From contig CDRNST010000008.1 of NCBI GenBank assembly GCA_977016875.1, forward strand, positions 4,588,001 to 4,652,000: a DNA stretch of 64,000 nucleotides, in the 5' to 3' direction. The stretch's first letter is position 1, and each line of letters begins with the position of its first letter. A program made the position numbers and the translations under genes. Under the pieces are notes generated by a model that was not told where the DNA came from, searched no databases, and was given only the letters and a program-made list of their open reading frames with translations. Positions 1 to 13,000 of this stretch are shown here, one piece after another. The stretch is from Pavona decussata. Its lineage: Eukaryota.

Positions 1-121
1 AAACCGTCTGGTCAAGAAACCGGTCAGAAAACGGTGTAAAAGATGACAGGTTTCCCCCATCCCGCTCTTTGATATCAAGGTTCAACTTACAAATCTGCTT
101 TTCGTTCTTTTTCGTTTTTAG

Positions 122-1318
122 CCCAACTGCGTTGCTGAAGTGGTGACGTTCGAGAAGGAGCAGAAAATTATCATTATTTCAAACAGGAAAGTTGAGAAAG
201 GAGAAGAGGTACGCAAACGTTTATTTCCCCAACTGAAATATTTTAAGCGTTTGGAGAGGACACGTCGGTGAATTTGTCTGACCATTCGACCGCAAAGCAC
301 TAGAAATTCCAGTTGGCAAGTGAACTGGAACTATTTCGGAAACTGTGGTGTAGCTCTAGAGTCCTTGCTCGATATCCCTTAAACGAAAAACCGACCAAGT
401 TGAGAGTTTTAGAAATTAAGAATGCCAAACATTTTTTTGGGTGTAGATAACGAAATATGGGCCCGTCATTCTGGGTCTTTCGGAAAGCCGGCTAACCGTT
501 ATGTTGCCCCAAATTTCAGTTTGTGTGATGTTCTACGCGCAGTCCTTGTTGGTCCAATGGATGGTGCCGCCAAAAGCGCGAAGGCTGCACCAAAAGCCAG
601 TGTAATTATTTTTAATTCGGGTGTTCTCCGGTATTTTGTAAATAATCGAGTTCAGCTGTGTTCTTTTCGTGAGCCTGTTTATGGGCCACTTTTCTTCCCA
701 GGAAGCTAGCGCACTTGTCTTAAGCACCTCGCGAATGCACGGAAGGCCGCCTCCACCAGTCTGCAAAGCATAGCACGTTCACGCGCGAGTATTGTTCGCG
801 GAGTTTGCGCACTCGTCAACTAACTTGATGAAAACAGCCTCTACTGACCTAAGAATTCAGACGACACTTTCATTGATATTTCTTTTGGAATTGCGAATAT
901 ACACCGACCTCCCGGGCTACTGAAGTGTAGCCACCTGCACGTGTCAGTACACGCGTGTGCAGCCGAATGCCTTTACACGCGCGAGATCTCGTCGAGTTCT
1001 CTCCTACTCTGCAGACTGGCGCGTCCCGACTAAACTCGCTCAGAAGTGTTCGGCAGTAGGATTGCAAACGCCCCCTTTCCCATGTTTACATCTACGCTGA
1101 AAAGAGTGATATCAGCACAAATTTTCTTTTATGATCATCTGGGTTAGTGCGGTCCTGAGAAGGATTGTTTGAGGACCTTTGAGGTGACATTGACTGACAT
1201 TCATGTTACAACTCTTTTCTTGCAGCTCACTTACGACTACAAGTTTGACTTCGAAGATGAAGAAAACAAGATTCCATGTTTGTGCGGCGCACTTAACTGC
1301 CGAAAATGGATGAATTAA
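122..1318 (+). CDS. KMT2C: 3' end (last two coding exons: 122-208, 1226-1318) of a KMT2C/KMT2D (MLL3/4, trr-type) H3K4 methyltransferase; SET C-terminus and post-SET
   Basis: The exons splice in phase 0 with canonical AG/GT to give [29 protein letters not shown]|[30 protein letters not shown]. This closely matches the recalled KMT2C/D C-terminus ([10 protein letters not shown]...YDYKFDFED...IPCHCGA.NCRKWMN). The rest of the gene lies upstream of the window. KMT2C versus KMT2D orthology cannot be resolved from these two exons. Confidence 0.93.
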
Positions 1319-1731
1319 GACCAGGAAATACGCACAGTTTTTCACTGCAATTTATTTAATCGTTATTTATTTAACGCGAATGCTCTACACTTTTTGGCCG
1401 GTACAAATCCAGAATTTTCTTACACATAAACACAGCAAGAAATATTATATTATCTGATGTATAATTAATCATGTTTTAGTTCGCTTTTTTTCTCCAGTTC
1501 GTAGAGGTCAATTTGTCATGTCAGACATTTCACATAGGAATAAGTACATTTCATTCGGAAATATTGAATTCGCTAGGTTTTTGTTTCTTCTTTGCTTATT
1601 GTAAAGTGTCATGATAGTCTCGAAATATGTCCAGAGTTTTTAAAAATTTTACACGCACCAAATGCGTGTCTCATCAAATGTAGTGTATATAATGCTTTAT
1701 TGGCTGAAGTGAGGTTTTATTGAATACGGAG

Positions 1732-1741
1732 AATAAATAAA
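1732..1741 (+). terminator. Likely polyadenylation signal of the KMT2C/D gene (overlapping AATAAA x2)
   Basis: AATAAATAAA about 415 nt after the TAA stop, at the end of an AT-rich 3' UTR-like stretch. Confidence 0.55.
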
Positions 1742-4700
1742 ATATGCATATTGTGGTTACAATTTTCAGTGAGTGCAGTTAGAGAATTTCTTTGTGCTTA
1801 ACCTGTTTGATGAATCTTCTCTTGTGGCTCCAGTAGTATTATAAACGAAGGAAGCAATTAATCCTTCTTTGTTATAAATGTCTTGAACTTGGCGTCAGGA
1901 AAGCGTGCTATTTACGTTAATTAGAAACGAGCTTTTATTAGATCCTCTAGGTAGCTCAGTAAGCGGGAGCTCGTTATGGTTTGGCGGGGAAACTAGTTTC
2001 AGAAACAATGTGTTGTTTTCAAAACACGAACATGTTAATTCCAAAGTCCGTGAACTGTATTCTGGACTTAACTGAATTTCGTAGGAAAAAATCTACCTGT
2101 TAAGTTTTTAGCGGGTGGGTTTGTAAATTACGCGCCCCCTCTTTTAACATATAAACGCTTATTAGTGAATGAGCGAGTGGGAGGGGTAGTACTCTCCGCG
2201 CATTTGATCCGTATTTTTGAATCGCACGACTCAGAGTTGACGAATTGATCTGGTTGTTCTCCTGCCGCGCGCGGACGGTCCCTCGTAACTCGGTTATCCT
2301 GATTTGAAATGGTCCGAGTATTTTAAGTTCATTCATATCGGTGTTAGGAGGCTTCATGCTAATGATTTTGTTGGTGGCGAAAAGCGAACGAAACCAGCTC
2401 TTCGCGCAACAAAGGATTGGACGTGTGATAAGAACTGCTAAAAACTGGTGTTATTTGGCGGCTTATGTAAAGCAGGGACAAGCGCGGCACTCGAAAAACA
2501 TGTCTTGGTCGTGTGCAGGTGTTAGTGCAAAAATGATCGAGCGATATTTGGCGTTCCATAATCTGGGCGCCATATTGACGAAAGGAGATGTTGTGGAAGA
2601 CAAGTTGTCGCCACACATTTATCTCGATTAGTTTTGACAAAACAAATGACAAAGGTGGCAGAAATGTTGTCTTGGCAATTGTTGTTTTGTTGTAAGTAAT
2701 TAATTAGGCAGTTCTACTTCTTGGACTGTGAACATAACAACATCGAGGACATCTTCGTTTGCATTTGTCAGGGAACAAATTTGCTGTGTTCTCACGGCAG
2801 GGTATCAACACAGTCGGACAACGGACGCCACGTTGGAAGTACTGCATTTTTATTTTGTTCCGCTCAACTGTCCGCTCAAGAGAAGTGTTAATGAGCAAGC
2901 GGATCGACACTTGATGTGTCAAAGGTGTGCGCCTATGGGAGGTTTGACTGTGTTTTATATCGGCCATACATTTTTATTACATGTATCCGTGTTCGAACTT
3001 GTGTTGATACAGGATGCCATCTGCTAGAAACATCTCGTATGAATACCGATTTAAGTTTCCTTTGCTACAGCGAGCTGGAAAATAGTTTTTATGCCCGCGC
3101 GGTTTTTGCTTCTTTTTTAAACTTTAACAAAACGTGTTTACGGTTGAACTCCATCAAATTTTTATGTTCCTCAGTGGACGCCTTTGTGTGATCTAGTGTA
3201 GTCACCCGCAGCTAGATTGAAACACAAATATCACAATTCACTTCTTATCACAATGTCGAAATGAAAATGAAAATTATCCTTTTCGACAAAAAGGCGTGTG
3301 TCTAAGCAGCAAAATTTGTTGAAAGATTTCCCCGACCACTACTTGAGTATCGACCTCGCTAGTACAGTACCGGCGGCAGGCTTTCTCTTGCGTGATTGTC
3401 CTCGAAAACACGCGAAATACTATTTCCTATTCAACCTGCGAACATCTGGCTTTACTCTTCTTTTTCGTTCAACCGAAGATTTTAACCGCGGGCGATGCTA
3501 CTTTGTATTCTTTCAGTTTTGGCACACTCTCCGTACCTACTTAAAATGTCAATACTAATAAAAGTAATATAATTGTTTTTGTTGTTGCACTTGTCCAATT
3601 GCTAAGAGCAAAATGTTTGGAGCGGTTTTATTTGGCGAATTTGGAGTTTTGCATGAGATCAGGTTTTTTTTTCTTTTTTTTTTTGTGGCTCAGGGAGACT
3701 GATATTTTCCGAGTTTGTGCGAAACAATAACAATATGCTTTTATTTTAACAAAAACTCAACAACTTACAGGTTCATATTTTGAAATTAGATGCAATAAAT
3801 TTTCACAAAAATGCTTCTACAGGTACACAATTTTTTCTGAATCTTAAAAAAAGATAATAATAAAAGCATTTAATTCCCTGCAGCATGTTGAACTTTTTCT
3901 CAAGGCTGCTGTTGACAGTGTTGTGTTTCATTTTTTATCCGAAGTGACAGCGAGTTAGTTTTTTTTGAGGTGCCACTTCTCTTTTCAATACCCCTTAGGA
4001 AATGCAAGACAATCACATGCTGGAAATTCAATGCTTTTATTTGCGGTTGGTAAACTCGTAGGAAGAAAACTACCTTTGAAAACGTGACATGTACCTGCCT
4101 CTAGCCTAACACCTAGGACCGATCCAGGTCGCGCTCTTTCACTTTAGGACAGCGAGTGGTCCTGTACTTACTTTGTACATAAGCCGGAAGGAGGGGGGTA
4201 GGGAACGTTTGCGCAACATTTTACTCTTATTAGTCGTGGTCACGCTACACACTTTCAGCTGGGCGAAAATCATTTACCTTGGGCAAACTCACTCGTGTAA
4301 ATAAAAGGCCATACCGGTGAAGTCAACATCTGGGTTTCTCTTATACAAATTTAAATTTCACATCCGCGTAATGGAAGTTTTGGCAAGTAAATAGACTCGC
4401 TAACAGCACTATGCTCGGAGGCAAAGCCCATCAAAGAGAAGTTTTCTTCTTATATAAGTTTCCTGCTACTTCTCAAGTGCGAGTAGTATTCTTTTAAATA
4501 TTCTCTTTTTTTGTCTTGGAAACAACACCATCTGTCCGAACGCGTGGTATGGGTTCTTTGATCATTTTTGTGCGACTGTTTTACTTTAGACAACACGCGC
4601 TGCTTGCAAAATTAGTTTTGCAGAGTGATTATGATCCCTCCTCTGTCATCAACGCATTTGCCGACAAGGGCCTATTCGATAAGCTACCTTGGGAGGCTGT

Positions 4701-5412
4701 CAAGGGAAAAATTCCCTGGGGTAATTTTGGTCACAAGATTCGGTTTCCTTAGGGAAACTGTCAACAAGTCAAGTTTTCCTGTAGGCCAAAAGTGTGTGGT
4801 GTGACCACGGCCATTGACTCTAAAATATTGACAAAAGGATATTTTTTGCCCTCGGAAACGAAAACGGAATGAAAGAAAATGAGCAGGCCCTTTAACATCG
4901 CGCGAAAACTTTCTTTTAAAAAGGATGCGGTTTTGTAGTTGTTGTTGTTTCTTTGAAACGAAAGCATTTCAAGAAACTGAGAAGAATGAGGCGCTTAGTT
5001 GATTAGAATTTGCATTGTTGAATGCAAAAAGCGTGCTATGCATGGACTGCATGCCGAGGGCCCCTTTGGGTTTTCCTGAAAGGACAAAGCTATCTGAAAA
5101 GCGGAAACATTCACTTCCGGTGTACGTGGTGAAAAGAAAACAATACTGGAGATGAGAAGACAGCTTGTCGTTCTCTCTGACGACTGTATACGACTTGGTG
5201 CGAGTCAAACACGTACATCGCCGCTTTTTATAAAACGCTTTTCGAGATATTGAAAGATACTTGTCGGTTAGCCGCTCGACAAAAACCCGTACACGCAAAA
5301 AAAAAAAAAAAAAAATAAAATAGATATATGACTCCAAAGGAAATTGAGAAGTCTTTATTGCGCAAAAAAGGTATCCCCCCGCCCGCTGCCAGGTGCGGCA
5401 AGTTGATCCTCC

Positions 5413-5505
5413 CAGACAAATTCTTAGTATCCCATCGGGCGCGACGAAAACATGGCCGATTGCAGACATACTCGAATTCCAGACAGACAAACAAGGCGGC
5501 CAGAC
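5413..5505 (+). promoter_or_regulatory. Cluster of Smad-binding elements (CAGAC x5) with GC-rich elements, upstream of the MH1-PHD gene
   Basis: CAGAC at 5413, 5463, 5480, 5484 and 5501, with GGCGCG near 5438 and GGCGGC at 5495. Motif match only. Confidence 0.45.
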
Positions 5506-5900
5506 GTTAGTATTCGGAAGCATCATTATACCTCCCAGAAAAGCCATTATACGAGACAAATTTGACTACTTGAGTCTCAGTTCAGCGCGAATAAGGTTTG
5601 CGTGACTTGCTGTTTCACGGGGTCGCTGCCGTATTTATATTTTATACAATTTCGTTTAAAAGAGACCGCTACTGATAACACGCGGGTCACTTCTATTTGT
5701 GTTTCGCACCGTACAAAAGTAAATGAATTCAGTTCGAATTTATGCCTTGATATAAATAGAACAAGCATTTCAGAAAGGAGATTGAAAGGTCGTAATACCG
5801 CTTGAAAAATTTGGTTTGTCAAGGAGGTATTTACATTTAACTGAATTTTAAATTTAAATTTAGTTTTTTTTTCTCGGCAATTTTCAAAGCAATCCCAGCG

Positions 5901-5935
<35 letters not shown>

Positions 5936-6632
5936 GGAAGGCGTGGGTGGCGGATACATGCATGCTTTGAATTTGACAAGCTACTTGTATTCTTTTACTG
6001 CCCGACAGTTTAAAACCATCCGCAGTGAAAAATGTAATTTATTCGTAGTTTTTTTTTTAATAAACGGGACACATGTCAATCTCATTTAAGCGTTATTTTG
6101 AACTTATACGTGATAAATCTTACTTGAAAAGGTTGTAGAAATGTTAAAAAGTGGGTGTTCAACACAAACGTTTTTGACAGAATACACACTCCGGAACGTT
6201 CTCGACATTCGTGAACGTGAAAACGTGTCCCAACTCACCCTAACAGATCTGAGTTTCACTAAAGCAAATACCCGGGAATGTTTTATTTGAACAAACGTCG
6301 CTGGAAAGGTGTCAACTTCGTTAATGTCCTTAGCAAAAATTTTCGTGTCCTTTGCCTCGAAATTAACAACACACCAAAATACATTGTTTACCATTACCCG
6401 TCAATCAAAGTGATTGACAAGAACGCGTGTAAGAAATAATTGCTATCACCTTTTGAGGGATGTGATTGGACGAGAGGCTTGCTATGACATGACCGTACTG
6501 ATTCAATCTGAACCCTGTACTGCGCATATGGAGTTTGTTTGGGAAGGAACGTTTATGGGTGTTTGGCGGATTGATTCTTCTTGAAATTTTAAACTATCTA
6601 TGATGAAATGAGGACCATAGAAGGGGTCGGGA

Positions 6633-7080
6633 ATGGAAAAAAGCTTAGTGCAATCGGCTTCCCCCAAACGAGGACCGAGCTCCGCCGATGCGAACCTAAG
6701 CATCGTGTTGAATCTCATGTGTCATACAACTTGCCATCGCCAAGGAGGCGAAACTGAGAAATTCGCAAAGAGAGCCATCGAATCGCTGGTGAAAAAACTG
6801 AGAAAGAAGTCTGAAGAGCTAGACTCTTTGATCACCGCGGTCACAAGTAAAGGATCCAAGTCATCAAAATGTGTCACGATTCAGAGAACTTTAGATGGCA
6901 GACTTCAAGTTTGCGAGCGCAAGGGCTTTCCACATGTGATTTACGCTCGCTTGTGGCGATGGCCAGACATTCAAAAAATGGAGATGAAACATTTGGACTT
7001 TTGCCGATACGGCTATGATCTTAAGTACGAGAGTGTTTGTGTCAATCCGTACCATTATGAAAGAATTCGCAGTCCGGCAG
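6633..7080 (+). CDS. Exon 1: Smad4/Medea-type MH1 domain, copy 1
   Basis: Translation includes [22 protein letters not shown]...[35 protein letters not shown]...FC...[11 protein letters not shown]. The Co-Smad signature, beta-hairpin R/Q/K residues and Zn ligands (C,C,C,H) are intact. The ATG is in good context (ggaATGG), there is an in-frame TAG at 6618, and the donor is CAG|GTAAG (phase 1). Confidence 0.93.
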
Positions 7081-10000
7081 GTAAGAATTTATTTTTTCTT
7101 GTTGGAGTTAGTGTGTTGGGTCAATTGTGTGATGTCATGTAGCTAGCCAAAGGAACCAAATGAACGCACGCATTTCTTGTACGTGCTCTCACAAGGTACG
7201 TGATGACAAAATTTACACCAGCGCTATGGTATGTGACAATACTTCATATTGTGGCCGGATTAATCCAACTAACTCGGGTGAATTGGCCTTTGAAGCCCGT
7301 TTTTGTTTTTAATTTTTTTTATTTTTTACATGTCTATGTCACGGGGGAAGTTACTACAGGATTTATAACTTCTCAATCGGGGGTAATATTTTTGTAATTC
7401 GCTCAGGGACATTATTTCCGATCTAAATCATTCGAGCGTTTTGTCGTTGTATTATCGTCGTAACCTTTGGAAAAGCCTTGTGACAAGCGATCTGTTCGTG
7501 CGATATTTTGCGTTAAGACAGGTCGTGCTCGTTCGATTACAAGTACAGTATTTGCCTCACGAATTCATTATCGATAAAGATGTCAAAGAGCGAAATGCTA
7601 ATTTCCTCCTTGGGAGTGGGCAAGGCAGTGTTTTCATCTATTGCTTCGCCATTGTTTGGATAACGAGCGAGTCACTGTTTTGCATTTTTAATTTCTGCTT
7701 GAACGTCGCTTCGTTTTTTGGCCGAATTTTTTGCGCGATTCTTCTTATTGCGCTCTCCAGACTGTGTTTCAGACGTGTTGAGGTCCGAATCACGTCAAAT
7801 GACTGGCGATCGTTTCGTGTGGGGCGAGCGAATTATTTTGTCTGGGTTTTGTTTAAGTATTATTGTTGGTTAGTGCTCATTGTCTGGCTGGAGCGTTTCT
7901 TGTCTGAAAACGTCTGAAATGTCGTCTGCTTTCGCTCTAATTTATTTTGGGACCTGAATTTATTTTCGTCCGAGGCCAGAGCACGCGCGCGCGCTACTTG
8001 GAACCAAGTTTTGGGCTAAAAATCGCTGTTAGAACAGTGAATGTGGGTCGGGTAAAAGGTAAACACAAAACCTAATTAGTATTCAAAAGGGCCTTATTTG
8101 AATATATTTTTATTTCAGTCGGCTTCACTGTCTAGACGATAGCGTGAATTTTACCGCCACTACACGATCAGTTTAGTTATAGATTGCATTCACGCCATTT
8201 TTCCGAGCCAAGCGCACGCTATCCGTGTTCTTCACGGAACAGGTTTTCTTGTGTGGAATGTCTTTGAAATTTTGAATGTCATTTCTGACAACGTGTATTG
8301 TTCGTAATTGTATATCAATTCGAGGGTATTGCATTTAATCTCGAATTCTGTTCTTTCGATCGCCGAAATAACTACCCGAACTTTGATAAAAATCGTTTTT
8401 TAAACGACAGTAGCTTTAGAATAAGTCACCTGTACAGTTTTTCTTAACAGACCCCTATTAATATTTCTCATCTCCTGACAAACAAAACCACAAAAGCCAC
8501 GTAGATGCATTTCAATTGCTTCCTCTTGTCTTGTCACGTAATTAAAATTTCGTGTTCAGCCACGCAGTGCAAAACGTTTCTATTCTCTTCTGGTGGTTTG
8601 CTTTATTTTATTGATCGAATGTTGCTTTTTAAATCGTATTTTTTATGGTTGAAGTTCTCAACTGCTAACAAAGATTACACGGCGGCTTCTTTTGTTTAGG
8701 TCTTTTGCATTTTAAACCCCAGGGGATTGGAGCCACAAGACAAGACATACTAAACATACAAGTTTTCAATTTTTGTTTTAATTTTCGCGTTTTTTACATT
8801 TTTTTGCGATAGATACACATCAGCTTATAAGTCCCTTGAGATGACTTGTAATTTAAAGTGACTTTCACTATAAAGGAACACATTTTAATATTGTCAATGG
8901 TCTTGCTGAACATTCATCTGAGCCAAAAATGTTATTTGTATGTGCTTTAAAGCGTTTGCTTGTGGTTAAGGCAAATTAGCGTTATTAAATTATTACCATA
9001 TCCCTTAAAGGGAATTTTCAGAGGGAATAACAAAGTTTAAATATCTTATGTGAGAGAGAAAAAACTAGCTGAAATCCAGAGTAGCCAAAAATAAAATAAA
9101 GGAAGAAAATTCAACTTTAATAGTGGTGGACACGACAGTGTTTTTGTCTAAGCTTTGCCATTGTTTGGATAATGAACCAGCACAATTAACTTAAACAAAT
9201 TAAGAAATATGTGTTTTTGCACTCCTTTCTCCAATTGCTATTGGTAAATGTGGTGACTGTTGTGTACTTCACTGACTTTCTTGTTCATTTTTAAAAGGAA
9301 CATGGAAATGGTTTGCACATATTTCATTTCCATGGAGGATCATTTGTTGATTTAATTTAATTTTTGTTTCTGTGAAGATTGTCCTCACTAACAGGGAAAT
9401 TTTGGCTGGGGACAGAGATCAGTCCTTGATTTTTGGTGATAATTTCTTTATTTGGATCTATTTTATTTGTTTTCACTCCATCTGACCTGAGCAATGCTTT
9501 TCAATCGACAATGTGTATCAAAGGAAATGATATACTGTTATGATAATTTACAGACAGACAAGTGACCTGTAATGTCATTTTGATCGCTTGAGGGTGCACA
9601 ACGCTATTTCTGTTTTGCAGGTAGTTTCCTGAGATAAATCATAGTTTTGTCTTGTCAGAAATGTTATACAAACTTCTTTATTGTTCTATTTTATAAGATG
9701 ATTTTTTTCCAAGAAGTCTGTTTTATATGACAATTTTTTTCATGTGTGTGCGTACTATTAAAGAGTTGTTTAAGTGATATCGTCCAGGCTACATTATATA
9801 CTCATGGTTTTTTACATAAGCTTAATCCTTTGACATGGTTAAATACTAAACGTTGTTATCCATTTTGTTAGGCCGATATCTCTGCAATGCTTAGTAACTA
9901 TTTCACTTCCTTGACATGTTTTGCTTTTTGCTGAAATTTGTATCACAACAAACATTGCAAGGAAATATATTGCAATTTACACCGTATGTTGTAATAACTG

Positions 10001-13000
10001 GATTAAGTTTTATATTTTAGGTAATATTTTTGTCACTTTTACAAGGGTCTTACGGAAAAAAAGTGAAAGGGGCACATATGCTGTCAAATATTTTGCTGCA
10101 CTTTGGCGTCAGTGAATGTGATGTTACTACTATATGTGAAGTCATCCTCTGTATCTGTCAGACTTTTTTTCAAATTTTTTCATTATTTGATCGTGCCAGC
10201 AGCATCTGGCAGCAGTCCGAAAAAATGTGTTGAGTAATTCTCTGAAGACCATTTAGTTCTGTACATCAGGATATAATTTGGAATGGCTTCAAGTAATCAG
10301 TGTCTCTAATTCAATTAATAATAGTAACAAAGACAAAGTCCAATTCGGTCTGTAATCATATAATTGATTAACAAAATAGGACGACAGCATAGCGGGAGTC
10401 TGATTACAGACTGACTAAGCAGACATAAAGTCCTGTTACCAATTAAAGGGGAAGTATCATGAAAATTTGATGTAATTTCAAAACCCAAAAATGTTTGTCT
10501 GACAACAGAAACAAAAAAAAAAAATAGTTGTCTAGGTTTGTTATAAAATTAATTATAACCCCAGTGCAAGAAAACTGTCGATTAGTGCCTCTGGCCAGGG
10601 ACAGAGTAGGTCGCAATGGATTGAAACTTGAAAAATGTTAGGCTGATGTTTTTCAAGTTCTCGTATTTTGTCTCCAAAATGTGTTAGAACAAATCACGAG
10701 TCGTTCCTGTCAAGAATTTAGTTGACTTTTCTCCTCTCACTGTTCTAGAATTATTTTGTAGTAAAGTGAAGGTCTTATTTCACCATTTTTAACAAAAGAG
10801 GTCAATTAAACCCCATGATACTTCCCCTTTAATCGTGACCATTTCAAATTTTGAGAACGAACGGCTGTGACAAATAAACAGCATTTTTTATTGAGATGTT
10901 TCAGAGAATGTAAAAACAACTGCTTTATTTACAAATGCATTGGTAAAAGGACCCTGGTCAAGTGCAGCTATCCTATTACAGCATGCGTAAATGTCTACTG
11001 TCCAATTAGGTAGGCGTGAGGTGCATACACTGTCCTATTGATGCTCAAATCATGGCTGCTGATAGCCAATCAGATTCAAGAATTTTGTTATAGTTACGAT
11101 TAAAGCTGTTATCAGTGGAAAGGAAGGTAAAGTGATCTCAACCATGTTTTTTTTTGCTTTTACTTTAGGGGAATCTTATCATGTTTTCCAACAGTATTGT
11201 CTTTTCTTGGATTATAAAATGTTCTTGTGATAGGTTAGGTGGTAATCGTGATAGCTTCATCTGTTGTGTTTCAGCGCATAATATAACCAGTTCAGAATAC
11301 AAAGGTTTATAGATCAGGGCATTTGACGTTATTGATGGAGTTTCAATTTAATTGCCCGCTTCTGCTGTGTTTAGTTGAAGTCTGTGACCGCATGAATATC
11401 AGACGCATCAGCTCTTTGCTTTTGTTTATGGGCAGAGTGGATATTGATGCCTTCTGGTAATCTGATTATAAGTTCTGTTTTATTTGGAATCAATGTATTG
11501 TCTGTAAATGTATCATGACTTGTACATCAGTTGGAAAAACACTAGGAACTCTCAATGTCTCCTTTATAATTTCTGCAGGCTAAAAACATTTTGTTATCAA
11601 ACTGTCGCCCTCTGAACTCATTAGTCTCTTCTGAAACTAAGCAGAACAGGAATAATTTTTAAGAAAACCTTAAAATGGAAAAGTCTGGGTGAATTCTTGA
11701 ATACGAAACTTATTTATTTTTAATTATTCATGTAGATGTTATTAATTGTGTAATTTAGTGATTGTAATGATAAATTTTTTATGTAGTGATTTTTTAATCA
11801 TATCCTGTATTATCTTTGAAAATCTTCGTGGGAAAGATAAAGTATGTAAACTATGTATGTCTGTCTGTCTGTGTGATGTCAAAGAATACACTAGTCTCAT
11901 AAATCAAAGGTAGTTGATATGTTTCAGGATGAAGGGTTAGGTCTAAAGGTGCGGTGCTTCCCTTCCAAGTAGTTCAAGTTCTGATTATATTTTGCTTTGT
12001 CTCTGTGTTATGTTTTTTGTGGTTTTGTGACAGTATATAGTTGTAAAAATGGATGAGTAACCAGGATTATGCATATTAAAAGCTAAATGATGTTGTCTTA
12101 ATGTTTAAAAATTCTTAAAGAAACAAGCTTTCGGCTACCAGACTGCAGCCTTCAATGACTGATAAAAAGCTGTCGCAAATGTATGAATATGTAAACATGT
12201 CTGAGTAAGTGCAAAAACATAGCAGGATAAACATTACGAGTAGCTATTTTAAAAGAATCAAGTATTGCCTAGGTAACGGCATGGAATTGCTTCATTAGTC
12301 CTGGCATCATGCCTATTTTTTCGCACTCGGTGGTCACCTTTATCAATCACACTATTGTCTTGCATTTTCAAAGTCAATTGAGTGATTAATTATTGTTAGT
12401 CTGATTAGAAATGTTGGTCCTCTGTGGCAGCTCTTAACTTATTAGTATTAATAATTATAGTTGGTTAAGGCAAAAAATGTCTGAAGTTACATTTGTTTGT
12501 TCTTGTGGAAATTTGTCAACATCTGATAGAAATGCTTAAAATTTTTGAAAAAAATTTGCAGTATCCAGACATGTTTTTTATTTTTTTCATAGATTCATTT
12601 TTCGTTCTGGCAGACTGTCACATACATTTCATTTGATTTTATTATTATTTTTTTATTTATACTCTCCACACTTACTGTTACATAAGCGCAAAATACAAAA
12701 GTTGGAGGTATTAAAAACATAGGCTAGCATGCAGCTCAAAAATACAATTCAAATAGGGGAGAGGAGAGTAGAGGGGCACCTCTAGTAAAACTAATATTGT
12801 CCCCCTTTAAAGGAAGTAAATTGACAAGAAAAGTAACAAAGTAGAATAGAAAAAACAAGAAAGATATAGCGGAAGGAAAACAAAAAAAAAAACAAAGAGA
12901 AATGAAAATAATTGGTGTAAAGTATCATTGATAATGAGCAAGGAATGTATCATCAATATTGAGCAAAGGTAATATTTAAAGAGTGGTTTTCTAAACATTC

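Noticed and set aside
422-5963. ORF-track entries in the CpG-rich region (e.g. 4969-5559, 2341-2631, 5577-5963), and likewise 7441-7917
   Set aside because: No recognisable domains, many non-ATG starts, runs through poly-A/T tracts and no supporting splice chain; consistent with chance ORFs.
11859-11871. GTCTGTCTGTCTG as a Smad-element cluster
   Set aside because: It is a continuation of a (TATG)n/(TCTG)n microsatellite tail, probably a retroelement end.
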